NCBI GenBank assembly: GCA_964551375.1
Contig: CAZKBG010000001.1
Coordinates: 480,001 to 512,000, forward strand
DNA from: an uncultured archaeon
Lineage (GTDB): Archaea > Iainarchaeota > Iainarchaeia > Iainarchaeales > JAAZKV01
Direction: 5' to 3'
Length of the DNA: 32,000 nt
Part shown: positions 9,302 to 18,544 of the stretch, piece by piece
Position numbering within the stretch: position 1 is the first letter of the stretch
Layout: every line of letters starts with the position of its first letter
Translations under genes and position numbers: made by a program
Notes under the pieces: generated by a model
What the model was told of the DNA's origin: nothing
The model's database searches: none
What the model saw: the letters and a program-made list of their open reading frames with translations, nothing else

Positions 9302-10600
9302 TCAGCCAAACTCAATCTTCTTGCCCATCTGCACTGGACTAGCTTTAATTCCAGTTTCATCCTTGATTTTCTGGGCAAAGATTTGCATAACTTTCTTATC
9401 CCCGTGAACCATGAAAATTTCTTTAGGACTCCACTTCTTAATCGCAGTAATCATCTCACTCTGAGACGGATGAGCAGAGAATTCAAATTTTTCATATCTG
9501 CACCCAACTTTAACTATCTGATTATTCTCAGGATTAGGAATCTTTCCCTCATCAAGAAGCATTCTTCCAGGAGTTCCTTCCGCCTGATAAGAAGTCAAAT
9601 GAATCTTGCTTCTCGGATCGTTAATTACTTTCTTTAAATAATGCTGAACAGGACCCCCTTTCATCATTCCCGAAGTTGAAACAATAATCCCCGGCTTCTT
9701 CATAGCTTGAGCTCTTCCCTGCTTGCCCTGCACCCACTCAACATCATTAAGCGCTTTCTTAAAACCCTTAGAATCTTTCACAAGCTCAGGATACTTAAAA
9801 TAAACTTCAGAAACCTGCTTTCCCATGCCGTCAAAATAAATAGGCGCGTCAATTTTATACTTTGAAAGAATATCAATAATTTCCTGGCTTCTGCCAATTG
9901 CAAGAACAGGAACAATCGCCCAGCCGCCCCTTTCAACAGTGCTTTGAACAGACTCACAGAACGCTTTCTCTTCAAGCTTTCTATCCTGCTGTTCTCTATC
10001 GCCGTAAGTAGATTCAGTCATCAAATAATCAATCTTACCCATCTCAAGATTAGCTCCTGTGTGAAGCTGGGTTTCAATAACCTTGTAATCCCCAGTGTAA
10101 ACAAAAGTATTCTCGCCGTAAGTGAATTTAGTCATTGCAGAACCCAAAATGTGCCCCGCATCAAAAAACTCTAAAGACAAATCGCTTGCAATATTTAATT
10201 TCTTATTATAAGGCGCAACAAAATTATACCTATGCGTTCTCTCAATTTCAACCTTATTATACTTTGGAGCCATCCCCTCAAATTCAGCAATTTTAATAGA
10301 ATCCTTCCACAAAATATCAGCAAGTTCCAAAGTCGGCTGAGTCATAAAACTAAGACACTCTGAATTCTTGTAAAAATAAGGCAAAAGACCCGAGTGGTCA
10401 AGATGCGCGTGCGAAATAACAACCGCTTTAACATGCTCATTAATCTCAAGAGGATACTCAATAGCGTCAATATTTAATTTAATTCCATAATCAAGGAGGA
10501 ATTTTTCCCCAAAATCAAGAACAAACGCGCTTCTTCCAACTTCCTCGCACGCACCGTACCCAGTAATTCCAAATTTCTTACTCACCATAAAAATAACCAT
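9302..10600 (-). CDS. Beta-CASP/MBL-fold ribonuclease (CPSF-like/RNase J-like)
   Basis: SHAHLDHSGLLPYF, FDAGHILGSAMTKF, FVYTGDYK, ESTYGDR, beta-CASP PVLAIGRSQEI, STSGMMKGGPVQHYL, FSAHPSQSEM, MVHGD. An internal ATG at 10588 (MVSKKFGITGYG) may be the real start. Confidence 0.93.
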   Translation of the reverse strand: MVIFMVSKKFGITGYGACEEVGRSAFVLDFGEKFLLDYGIKLNIDAIEYPLEINEHVKAVVISHAHLDHSGLLPYFYKNSECLSFMTQPTLELADILWKDSIKIAEFEGMAPKYNKVEIERTHRYNFVAPYNKKLNIASDLSLEFFDAGHILGSAMTKFTYGENTFVYTGDYKVIETQLHTGANLEMGKIDYLMTESTYGDREQQDRKLEEKAFCESVQSTVERGGWAIVPVLAIGRSQEIIDILSKYKIDAPIYFDGMGKQVSEVYFKYPELVKDSKGFKKALNDVEWVQGKQGRAQAMKKPGIIVSTSGMMKGGPVQHYLKKVINDPRSKIHLTSYQAEGTPGRMLLDEGKIPNPENNQIVKVGCRYEKFEFSAHPSQSEMITAIKKWSPKEIFMVHGDKKVMQIFAQKIKDETGIKASPVQMGKKIEFG

Positions 10601-10718
10601 TTTCCAGATAACAAAGTAATATTAAAATCCTTTATATGCCTTTGCCCTAAAGAAGATAACCGACAAAGTCAAACAAAACAACCAAACAAAATAAATGAAA
10701 AAAACAATAAAAGAAAAT

Positions 10719-10750
10719 AAAATGAAAAGGGCAAAACGCCCCTTCATTTT
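10719..10750 (-). terminator. Hairpin terminator-like element downstream of the DsbA-like gene
   Basis: AAAATGAA..GGGC-AAAAC-GCCC.TTCATTTT inverted repeat, 12 nt past the 10762 stop; the minus strand continues into a T-rich tract. Confidence 0.5.
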
Positions 10751-10761
10751 GAACTAATTAT

Positions 10762-11817
10762 TTAGCACTGACCGCCGGCAACTGTTGAAGTTGTCGAGCT
10801 TAGAGTAACATTACACTCGCTAGGCGCAGTTGTAAATGAATTACAAATTGCCTGCTTGTACCCTTCAGAATTACCGTACTGGTAAACCGCAGGAGTAGTT
10901 ACCCCATTGATTAACAATGTAGGCGAGCCAGTAGCGCCAGCAGCGTTTGAAGCAACTTCGCTTTGCGCCATTAGAGCAACTCCTTCCTTAGCAACACAGT
11001 CATTAATCAACGCCTTGTTCAAATCAATTAGAGCCGCAGCGCTTTCCCAGCATGAACCGTTACTTCCGCAGTTGTCATTCACAAGAGTTGAGAAATAAAA
11101 CCACTTGTTCATGTCGTAGTACTTAGCAACGCAAGCTTCTCTCTGATTCTGAACTGCTTCCGGAGCTCCGTGCAAAGAATCAACATTATTTCCGCTTACC
11201 GAAACAATGTAATGCACATTGAAATCCGCTTTGTCCTTTAATAATTCGAAAACAGGGAACATTGTGTCTTCAGCCTGATTCCCGTAAGGACAAAAACTCA
11301 TAACGTAGAGGTCAACAACAGGCTTAGCTGTCTTAACAGGCTCAACGCTCGCAGTCGGAGTAGGTTCAGTTTTTGGCAAATCCTTTGTCATGTCAAACTT
11401 CTGACCAATCAAAAGATTTTCCCCGCTGGCATAAACATTTCCAGCAGCAACTTCTTTTCCTGCCTGAAGAATTGAGTATTTTAGCTCCATCAAGCCTCCG
11501 CCTAAATCATTAACATCCGAAATACTAGCCGAAACTGTATCGTCCAAAAGCAAATTCTTGTTAATGAAATCCCCAACTTTAGTTTTCAAAGCCGAAGTAT
11601 CAACACTTGCTGTATTTGTTGAAGTTGTAGAAACCTTGTCCGAATTCAGACCAGCTCCATAACCAACATATGTGCCTGCAAGAGCAGCAATTAACACAAG
11701 CACAAGCATTACAACCACAGTAGCCAAACTAAATCCTAATAGCTTGTCTTCCGCGGGTTTGGATTCAGCATCATGCTCGTGATGAGCAGAATGATGAACC
11801 TTATGTTCTTTACTCAT
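10762..11817 (-). CDS. Membrane-anchored DsbA-family thiol oxidoreductase (extracytoplasmic thioredoxin fold)
   Basis: N-terminal TM (VVVMLVLVLIAALAGTYVGYG), VDLYVMSFCPYGNQAEDTMFPVFELL with CxxxxN/CPYG active site, and cis-Pro loop GATGSPTLLINGV. Confidence 0.85.
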   Translation of the reverse strand: MSKEHKVHHSAHHEHDAESKPAEDKLLGFSLATVVVMLVLVLIAALAGTYVGYGAGLNSDKVSTTSTNTASVDTSALKTKVGDFINKNLLLDDTVSASISDVNDLGGGLMELKYSILQAGKEVAAGNVYASGENLLIGQKFDMTKDLPKTEPTPTASVEPVKTAKPVVDLYVMSFCPYGNQAEDTMFPVFELLKDKADFNVHYIVSVSGNNVDSLHGAPEAVQNQREACVAKYYDMNKWFYFSTLVNDNCGSNGSCWESAAALIDLNKALINDCVAKEGVALMAQSEVASNAAGATGSPTLLINGVTTPAVYQYGNSEGYKQAICNSFTTAPSECNVTLSSTTSTVAGGQC

Positions 11818-11841
11818 AATATAACCCCCTATAGAGTAACT

Positions 11842-12294
11842 TTAAGTCCACTTGCTACTATTTAGGTCGCAAGCAGGATTAACACCACCATTACTTGAAA
11901 TAACTTCCCCAGTCACAGGGTCCTTGCCGGCTAATTGATTCAACGTGCACGCAACACTTGAATCCGGCCCATTACAATTACCGTAAGCAATCCAATTATA
12001 AACCGCAAGACCGCCCACAAAAGCCGACCAAATCAAAGAAATCACCATCACAATAGTGACAATCATTGACAACGCTTCAAAATGCTTAAACACAAAACCC
12101 CCAAAAGGCTTGCTCATTTTAGCAATTTTTGAAGTAATCTTCATCTTCATCTTCTTATCAAAAGAAGACGTGCACTTGCGCAGAGTCGCTTTTCTAAAAA
12201 CACAATCAGCCGCTTCCAAAAAATAAGACCTGTACTTGGCCGAAAAAATGCCAAGAACAGCAAAAACAAAAAGAGCAATAAAGCAAATAACCAT
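11842..12294 (-). CDS. Small Cys-containing membrane protein, likely partner of the DsbA-like gene
   Basis: Two hydrophobic helices, six Cys, C-terminal GNCNGPDSSVACTLN...NPACDLNSSKWT; 24 nt upstream of the DsbA-like gene on the same strand. Confidence 0.65.
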   Translation of the reverse strand: MVICFIALFVFAVLGIFSAKYRSYFLEAADCVFRKATLRKCTSSFDKKMKMKITSKIAKMSKPFGGFVFKHFEALSMIVTIVMVISLIWSAFVGGLAVYNWIAYGNCNGPDSSVACTLNQLAGKDPVTGEVISSNGGVNPACDLNSSKWT

Positions 12295-12479
12295 TAACTA
12301 AAACCCCGGATTTTACGTCTTTAACTGAAAAAATCAGCAGGAAAATGTTTAAAAACAGAGGCAAAACGTTCTCCAAAAACCCACCTGCCGCCAAGAATGC
12401 GCTCGAAAATAAAAAACAACCAAACGGTTGAACAAAAAACAACTTTAACCATAATAAGGGGCCAAACAGCAGTTAATTC

Positions 12480-12647
12480 ATGGAAGAACGAATAATAGAA
12501 TACAAAAACAACTCCGAAATAGAGCCGATTATAATAAAACTGACCAAAGAAAACTTCCTTCTTGTAAAACACGCAATCAGAAACAAAACGCTTTACTTCA
12601 AAAAAATAACTTCCCCTCCAGAAACCCATTCAATAATACTAATGTGA
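12480..12647 (+). CDS. Possible small ORF (55 aa), below the track size cutoff
   Basis: ATG at 12480: MEERIIEYKNNSEIEPIIIKLTKENFLLVKHAIRNKTLYFKKITSPPETHSIILM, stop TGA 12645-12647, overlapping the GTG start (12644) of the next ORF. Confidence 0.4.
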   Translation: MEERIIEYKNNSEIEPIIIKLTKENFLLVKHAIRNKTLYFKKITSPPETHSIILM

Positions 12648-12970
12648 GGCTGAATAAAATGTTTAGTGTAATAGACAACGCATACCTAAGAAAAGCATAC
12701 GAAAACCAGAAAATCACAATCAAACACCAAAAAATACTTTTCATACTGCTGCACGATAAAAAATACTACGAAAAAGGAGAACTCTTAGGACTCACAAACC
12801 AATCACTAGAAGAACTTGACGAACTCCTAATTGACTTAGAAAAAACGGGGCTAATAACAGTAGAAGGATGGCTTGTAAAAATAGCCGACCACGCAAAACT
12901 ATTCTCAACAATCGACGAAGAACCCCAAAAAATAAAAATAACCCAAAAACGAACTAAAAAAAGGGTTTAA
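12644..12970 (+). CDS. Small hypothetical protein, possibly winged-helix-like
   Basis: ORF with GTG 12644; the more natural start is ATG 12659 (MFSVIDNAYLRKAYENQKITIKHQKILFILLHDKKYYEKGELLGLTNQSLEELDELLIDLEKTGLI). Confidence 0.55.
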   Translation: MRLNKMFSVIDNAYLRKAYENQKITIKHQKILFILLHDKKYYEKGELLGLTNQSLEELDELLIDLEKTGLITVEGWLVKIADHAKLFSTIDEEPQKIKITQKRTKKRV

Positions 12971-12974
12971 ATAA
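12966..12974 (+). promoter_or_regulatory. Putative TATA box upstream of 12995 CDS
   Basis: tttaaataa about 25 nt upstream of the ATG at 12995. Confidence 0.5.
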
Positions 12975-12994
12975 AAAACGCCTCAATAATAAGT

Positions 12995-13831
12995 ATGCTA
13001 ACCGAAACACTCGCGCCAATATTTGGCAACAACACAACAAAAGCGCTAATCATCCAAACACTAACCGAAAAACCCCTCACAATCAAAGAAATACACACAA
13101 GAATCCAAAAAACCACAAACAAAAACATAACCTACCAAGCAATGCACAAAGCAACAAAAGAAATGATAACAGACCAAATACTCGAAAAACACGGAAAACA
13201 AGTGAGGATAAATAAAGAGTGGGTTGAAAAGTTAGCAAAATTAACTGAACAATTACAAAATCAAAAAGATTACAAAACAGTAAGTTCAACCATACAAAAA
13301 TTTGAATATAACACATTTTCAGAATTTGGAAAAGCGATTCTGCGTGAATGGATGAAGATTCAAAATCCAAATAACTTGACTAGTTTTTGCATTCTCAACC
13401 ATGCTTGGCCATTAATGAGCATGGATAAAGAAGACTGGACATTATTTCAGAAGCTTTTTACAAATGAAAAATTTTACGGCATAATATCAAACAGCACCCA
13501 ATTAGACATCGCTTTTGAGAAGCCATTTGAAACATTTGGAAAACGAGTGATAGTTGATCCAACATTAAATTTAGAATATGACTTAATAATAATAGGCGAC
13601 TCAATAACCCAAGTATATTTTGAAAAAAGCTTTAAACAAGAACATGATAAATTATTTAGAAAGTATAAAAAACTTGATGAAAAAGCTGTGCGTGCTTTAA
13701 CTGAACATTTTTTAATCAATAAAACGCGAATAGTTGCCCTTTTGATAACTGACCCACAACTTGCTGAACTTAATAGAAGGAATGCACTGTCAATTGTTGA
13801 AAAGTCAATCAAAAAGCACAAAACAAAATAA
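12995..13831 (+). CDS. Winged-helix regulator-like protein with unknown C-terminal domain
   Basis: N-terminus NNTTKALIIQTLTEKPLTIKEIHTRIQKTTNKNITYQAMHKATKEMITDQILEKHGKQVRINKEWV resembles an ArsR/PadR-type wHTH. Confidence 0.7.
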   Translation: MLTETLAPIFGNNTTKALIIQTLTEKPLTIKEIHTRIQKTTNKNITYQAMHKATKEMITDQILEKHGKQVRINKEWVEKLAKLTEQLQNQKDYKTVSSTIQKFEYNTFSEFGKAILREWMKIQNPNNLTSFCILNHAWPLMSMDKEDWTLFQKLFTNEKFYGIISNSTQLDIAFEKPFETFGKRVIVDPTLNLEYDLIIIGDSITQVYFEKSFKQEHDKLFRKYKKLDEKAVRALTEHFLINKTRIVALLITDPQLAELNRRNALSIVEKSIKKHKTK

Positions 13832-13867
13832 TATTAAGTAAAAAGAACTATTCTACACAGTGGTTTT

Positions 13868-15106
13868 GTGGTTTTTGACATAAGTATTGGAACAAGCCAA
13901 AACTGGGATGCCAAAACAGCAACTTTAGAGGCTCTAAAAACAGCATTAAAAGGAACTGATCCCCCAAAATTTGCCCTCGTTTTTGCAACAATTCATTACT
14001 TAAAAAATAAAGGCTTACAACAGATACTTGATACAGTATATCAAAATGTTCCAAAAAGCACGCCTTTAATTGGAGGGACAGTTGCTGGATTTATGAATAA
14101 ATCTGGTGTATTTACAAGAGGATTAACTGTATTATTTGCATATTCTGACGAGATAGATGTAAAAGCTAATATTGGCTATAACACAAAAAGATCCCCTACA
14201 ATAGCTGCAAAAGATTGTTCAAAAGGATTATTATCAACTACTGGTAAAAAAAATAATTTTATATTTCTAGTATCAAGTGCTGTTGTTCCAAATGTCCCAA
14301 TATTTAATAAAAAGGTTGTACAGTTAAGCGCAATATCCCCTTTTGTAAAAATATTTGATACATTTTCTTCGCTTTTACAAATTGGACCAAGCAGAGACGA
14401 AACTGTGTTTAATGAATTCTCAAACGAGATGAAAGATAGTGTTGGAATTGGCGGAGGCGTTTGTGATAATTTAGAATTATTTAATAATTATGTATTTTAC
14501 AATAACAAAGTTATAACAAATAGTGTTGTAGCTCTTGCGATTAGCAGTAATACTCAATACACTGTTAGAACCAGTAGCCGATTATTCCCAACTCAAAAGA
14601 AGCTCAATATAAGCAAATTATCAAAAAGTAGATATGTTATAGAAAAAATAAATGGCAACCCCCCTCTTGACGAATATCTAAAAATAATGGGTTGGCCAAA
14701 AGACTTTATTGATGAACGAATGTACCGAAAAATATTTTATTACCCAATAATAAATGAAGCTAATAAAAATAAAGAATCTCGAATGTTTGGTTTGGTTTAT
14801 GGAAATCAATTTATTTGCCCAATGAAAATTTATCCTGGAGAAAGCCAATTATACACATCATCAGGAAAAGACTTAATAGATTCAATAACTGATGTTACTG
14901 GCGATGAGAAATCTAAATTTACATTCATTGTTTCATGCGGCACTAGACTTGAAACACTTGGACACAAAGCATACTTAATAAACCAAAAGATATTAGAAAA
15001 ACACGACGGCAACTTCCTTGTAATATATACTGCAGGAGAATATTCGAAAGACACTACTAATATAAAAACAAATTATCAGACAGATAATTCATTGTCCTTT
15101 TACTAA
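13868..15106 (+). CDS. FIST N/FIST C domain sensor-like protein
   Basis: FALVFATIHYLKNKGLQQILDTVYQNVPKSTPLIGGTVAGFM (FIST_N-like), SVGIGGGVCDN...FYNNKVITNSVVALAI, and C-terminal FTFIVSCGTRLETLGHKA...FLVIYTAGEY (FIST_C-like). Confidence 0.75.
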   Translation: MVFDISIGTSQNWDAKTATLEALKTALKGTDPPKFALVFATIHYLKNKGLQQILDTVYQNVPKSTPLIGGTVAGFMNKSGVFTRGLTVLFAYSDEIDVKANIGYNTKRSPTIAAKDCSKGLLSTTGKKNNFIFLVSSAVVPNVPIFNKKVVQLSAISPFVKIFDTFSSLLQIGPSRDETVFNEFSNEMKDSVGIGGGVCDNLELFNNYVFYNNKVITNSVVALAISSNTQYTVRTSSRLFPTQKKLNISKLSKSRYVIEKINGNPPLDEYLKIMGWPKDFIDERMYRKIFYYPIINEANKNKESRMFGLVYGNQFICPMKIYPGESQLYTSSGKDLIDSITDVTGDEKSKFTFIVSCGTRLETLGHKAYLINQKILEKHDGNFLVIYTAGEYSKDTTNIKTNYQTDNSLSFY

Positions 15107-16210
15107 TTCTTTTAATTCATCAACCGAGTGTGTTTTATAAAACTTAGTTGCTTCATCCAGAGGAATAATTCCTGCAATTGACAACATCAAAATCAATCCA
15201 CTTTTCTTTTGATCTTTAAATGAATAAATCTTTTTCACCAATTTAAGTAATGCATCTGATTCTTCAAATTGTTTTGATAGTGGATTGGATTTAATCTTCT
15301 TGCCAATATTCTTACCCAAATAATCCCCCATTATGATTGCAGGTAGTATGCCCTCAACGAAAGGTTTGAAATTATCATTCGCGGAGTCCCCAACAGAATA
15401 AACATTTCCAAATACCCTTTTTTTAGTAACATAAAAAAAAGGGGCTTTTTTACTTTTATTTTTAACAAACTTGGCTGAAGAAACTTGCTTTTTCACAATA
15501 GGCAAATCTAAGAACTCATAAAAATATTTTTCAATTGGCTTCGTAGGGGCAATTCCACCAACTCCAACATTAGCAACCCCCTTCCCTTTCGGAAATATGT
15601 AAGCATACCCTTTTGGAGTAAATTCACCAAAAAATATTTGCTCTTTATTATCATCAATTAGTTCTACCCCATGCAACTCCCAAGAATAAACGTCTGCGTA
15701 TTGACCTTTTTTTAATTTATAAACTCCAAGCAGAGTTAAAGTTTTTGATTCCACCCCATCAGCAGCAACTACATACTTAGGAAATATTTCAATATATTTT
15801 CCGTTATTATTTACTATTACAGAATTAATTTTTGATTTAGACTTATTTATCTTAACCAACTCTGTTGATGTCAAAACTTGTCCTCCGTTTGACATTACCT
15901 CGTTTGATAGCCACTTTTCAAATCCAGCTCTATTAAGTGAAAAAGATTTCCAAAACCCATCTTTTAAATTAAGCGAAACACCTTCTGAATAAAATATCAT
16001 CCCATCCATTTCCAAATCAAGATATTTCTTAGGAATTGAAAATGGTAATGCAGGTAATAAATATGCAGCAATTCCCTCAGCACATCTAATATCTTCACCA
16101 ATTTCGCTTTTCTTATCAATACAAATTACTGATTTATTATTTAACCGAGCTGCACGAGCAACACTCAATCCCGCAGGCCCTGCGCCAATTACCAAAACAT
16201 CACAATTCAT
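15089..16210 (-). CDS. Geranylgeranyl reductase-family FAD-dependent oxidoreductase
   Basis: CDVLVIGAGPAGLSVARAA, IGEDIRCAEGI, VVAADGVES, VYSVGDSAN. The track start 16246; ATG at 16210 (MNCDVLVIG) is more natural. Confidence 0.85.
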   Translation of the reverse strand: MNCDVLVIGAGPAGLSVARAARLNNKSVICIDKKSEIGEDIRCAEGIAAYLLPALPFSIPKKYLDLEMDGMIFYSEGVSLNLKDGFWKSFSLNRAGFEKWLSNEVMSNGGQVLTSTELVKINKSKSKINSVIVNNNGKYIEIFPKYVVAADGVESKTLTLLGVYKLKKGQYADVYSWELHGVELIDDNKEQIFFGEFTPKGYAYIFPKGKGVANVGVGGIAPTKPIEKYFYEFLDLPIVKKQVSSAKFVKNKSKKAPFFYVTKKRVFGNVYSVGDSANDNFKPFVEGILPAIIMGDYLGKNIGKKIKSNPLSKQFEESDALLKLVKKIYSFKDQKKSGLILMLSIAGIIPLDEATKFYKTHSVDELKELVKGQ

Positions 16211-16246
16211 TAAATTCACTTTTTGTATACATTTTAACTTATCCAA

Positions 16247-17452
16247 CTATAAAAGCTTCAATCCCAACCCAACCGACTTTATTGGTCTTCTTAGCACTGC
16301 GGTGATTAAGTGTCTGATTTTATAATCATCAGAGTCAATCAATGAATCCAAGTGTTGTTTTTCGTTTAGGTAGTTTGCTGTTTCAACTAAGAAGTTAAAG
16401 TCTGCATTTGATAATTTGTCATAGGTTTTTCGGAGGTTTATGATGCTGGTTTCGGTTCCAAATTCCTTGTCAATTTTTTTAGCGTATGAGTTGAGCGCTT
16501 CTTTATTTGCGCCGATTGATTTTATTTCTTCAGCAAGCATTGCCCCTGAACGCATTGCGGGATTTACGCCGTAAGCAAATACAGGGCTCATGGTTCTTGC
16601 AGCATCTCCTGCGAAGGCAATATTTCCAATTACGCGCACTGATGTTTTTGAAATAGTCCTTTCTCCGCCGTTTTGTTTTATTGTCTTTGAGCCAAGCATT
16701 ATTCCATAAAGTTCCTGATTTTCTTTTATGAATTCTTTATATAGTTCTTTTATTGGGCGCTTAATCAAGGCTTTATTCACCACAAGCATGCACATTCCGA
16801 ATTTTTTTGATACTTTTCCAGCGAAGAAATATCCCCCCGGAGCATAATTTGCGTCAAAAAATATCGAGGTGGTTTTGTCTTCCATTCTTAACCCGGATAC
16901 AAGGGCTCCAAAGCCAAGAATTTCTGTTTTGTTTGATTCAGAAACCCCAAGCATTTCCATAAAATAGTTATCGCTACCTGTTGCTGCAACAACAATCTTT
17001 GGCTTAATTATGAACCGTTTTTCTTTGGACTCAACTATTACCGAACTAATTTTATTACCTGTTTTGTTAAGCTGGTGTATTCTTGTTGAAAAGAATAAAT
17101 TAACTTTGTTTCTTTTCATTGCTTTCATTATGGAATAATCAAGCGACTTTTTTGATTTTCCCCTCAAGAAAAACAAGTCATGCACTTTTGAAACAAAAGT
17201 GAATTTGTCATTAGGAGAGTACCATATTGATTTGTTTGTTTTGGCAAGAACTGAAAGTTTTAATTCAGAAACAAGTTCTCCAATCCCTTTGTTTTCAGTA
17301 ATATCAATTTTTTCAGTATGCATTGAGCCGGGAAACTTGCCCGCATCAATGCAGATTACTTTAAACCCGTTTTTTGCAAGCTTTGCCGCGCACACTCCGC
17401 CAGCGGGCCCAGCTCCGACAACTAATACATCACAGCGAGTTTCTTTTGCCAT
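16247..17452 (-). CDS. Geranylgeranyl reductase-like FAD-dependent oxidoreductase (second copy, divergent)
   Basis: CDVLVVGAGPAGGVCAAKLAKNGFKVICIDAG, VVAATGSDN, IAFAGDAARTMSPVFAYGVNPAMRSG. Confidence 0.85.
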   Translation of the reverse strand: MAKETRCDVLVVGAGPAGGVCAAKLAKNGFKVICIDAGKFPGSMHTEKIDITENKGIGELVSELKLSVLAKTNKSIWYSPNDKFTFVSKVHDLFFLRGKSKKSLDYSIMKAMKRNKVNLFFSTRIHQLNKTGNKISSVIVESKEKRFIIKPKIVVAATGSDNYFMEMLGVSESNKTEILGFGALVSGLRMEDKTTSIFFDANYAPGGYFFAGKVSKKFGMCMLVVNKALIKRPIKELYKEFIKENQELYGIMLGSKTIKQNGGERTISKTSVRVIGNIAFAGDAARTMSPVFAYGVNPAMRSGAMLAEEIKSIGANKEALNSYAKKIDKEFGTETSIINLRKTYDKLSNADFNFLVETANYLNEKQHLDSLIDSDDYKIRHLITAVLRRPIKSVGLGLKLL

Positions 17453-17478
17453 TGGTAAGCACTGCCTTTAATTTTTTG

Positions 17479-17865
17479 TTAAAACGAGGCGCCCTCTTCT
17501 TTTCTATCTATAATAATCTTTACTTTTCTTTTTGTATTTTCAACTTCAACATCAATCAAACCCATGTTTGCGAGCGAAGGAATTATTACAAGAAGCGAGA
17601 AAGTCTGGCTGATTGGAGCAAATATTATTGTGTAATCCCCAAGTTCAAAATTTAATCTGTCAATTTTATACACAAAAAAGTTTTCAATTATTGGAAAAAT
17701 CTGATTTGTTGTTTCTTTAACCCTGTTCCAAAGATTAACATCCTTTACTTTAAGCCCTTCAGGAATTACTCCCCCCAACCCTTTTTTTGCAAGCATGCAT
17801 GCGAGGACATCATCCATTTTGAGCAAATCGCCAAGAACTGCTAAAACTTCTTCCTTTTTACCCAT
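17479..17865 (-). CDS. Roadblock/LC7-like protein (tentative)
   Basis: Small alpha/beta protein; YKIDRLNFELGDYTIIFAPISQTFSLLVIIPSLANMGLIDVEVENTKRKVKII resembles the C-terminal half of roadblock/LC7 folds. Confidence 0.5.
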   Translation of the reverse strand: MGKKEEVLAVLGDLLKMDDVLACMLAKKGLGGVIPEGLKVKDVNLWNRVKETTNQIFPIIENFFVYKIDRLNFELGDYTIIFAPISQTFSLLVIIPSLANMGLIDVEVENTKRKVKIIIDRKEEGASF

Positions 17866-17880
17866 AATAATTAGTACTTA

Positions 17881-18522
17881 TTAGGCAGTTTTGTGGTAAT
17901 AAAACTTTCTCTTGGTGCTTAAATTCTTGCTCACAAGCATTACAACAGCATACCCAATATCCCAAGCAAGGAATGCGAAGAAGAACATTAATGGGAAGAA
18001 TCCCAAAAGCGCAAATGCAAGAACCGCTATTTTCATCACAAATCTAAATTCAAAGAATAAATGAATATATTTCCCAAACGGCTTGTGTGAGTGATAAACA
18101 TTGTTTGAATCAACCCAGTCGTTTCCAATTTCATCAAAAATACCGGCAATCGAAATTATTATCAAAGGAATTGGAAGAATTAAAACAAACATGAACGCGC
18201 TTGGATCCATGAAGAAGTATGCTGTGTAAACGCAAAGAACCGCAACTATGAAAGCCAAGTTATCAATTTTTCCTTTAACAATTACTCCTATTATTATTGC
18301 AGTAAGAAGCATTGCCGAAGCAGGGTGAAGCACCATAATGTATGCCCAAAAAATTGCAGTTATTGGAGAAAGAGCAAATGCAATTGCCTGCGGAAAAGTG
18401 TTTTCATCAAAAGCATCGTCAATGAATTTAACAGCTGCCCCGATTAAGAAATAAGAAAGTATGAAAAAAAACGCGATAAAGAAAGGGTTCTGGGCAACAA
18501 GGGTTTCCACAAGGAAAGACAA
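17881..18522 (-). CDS. Multi-spanning membrane protein of unknown function
   Basis: Several TM segments; acidic motifs KFIDDAFDEN and GIFDEIGNDWVDSNN. Confidence 0.75.
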   Translation of the reverse strand: MSFLVETLVAQNPFFIAFFFILSYFLIGAAVKFIDDAFDENTFPQAIAFALSPITAIFWAYIMVLHPASAMLLTAIIIGVIVKGKIDNLAFIVAVLCVYTAYFFMDPSAFMFVLILPIPLIIISIAGIFDEIGNDWVDSNNVYHSHKPFGKYIHLFFEFRFVMKIAVLAFALLGFFPLMFFFAFLAWDIGYAVVMLVSKNLSTKRKFYYHKTA

Positions 18523-18544
18523 TTATAACACCTAAAAATGCAAC

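Noticed and set aside
12321-12629. Minus-strand ORF (102 aa)
   Set aside because: Low-complexity Phe/Val-rich translation typical of antisense to an A-rich coding strand; overlaps the better supported + strand small ORF.
13474-13821. Minus-strand ORF (115 aa)
   Set aside because: Antisense to the wHTH gene; Ser-rich and without a family motif.
17199-17471. Plus-strand ORF (90 aa)
   Set aside because: Antisense to the N-terminus of the FAD oxidoreductase 16247..17452.
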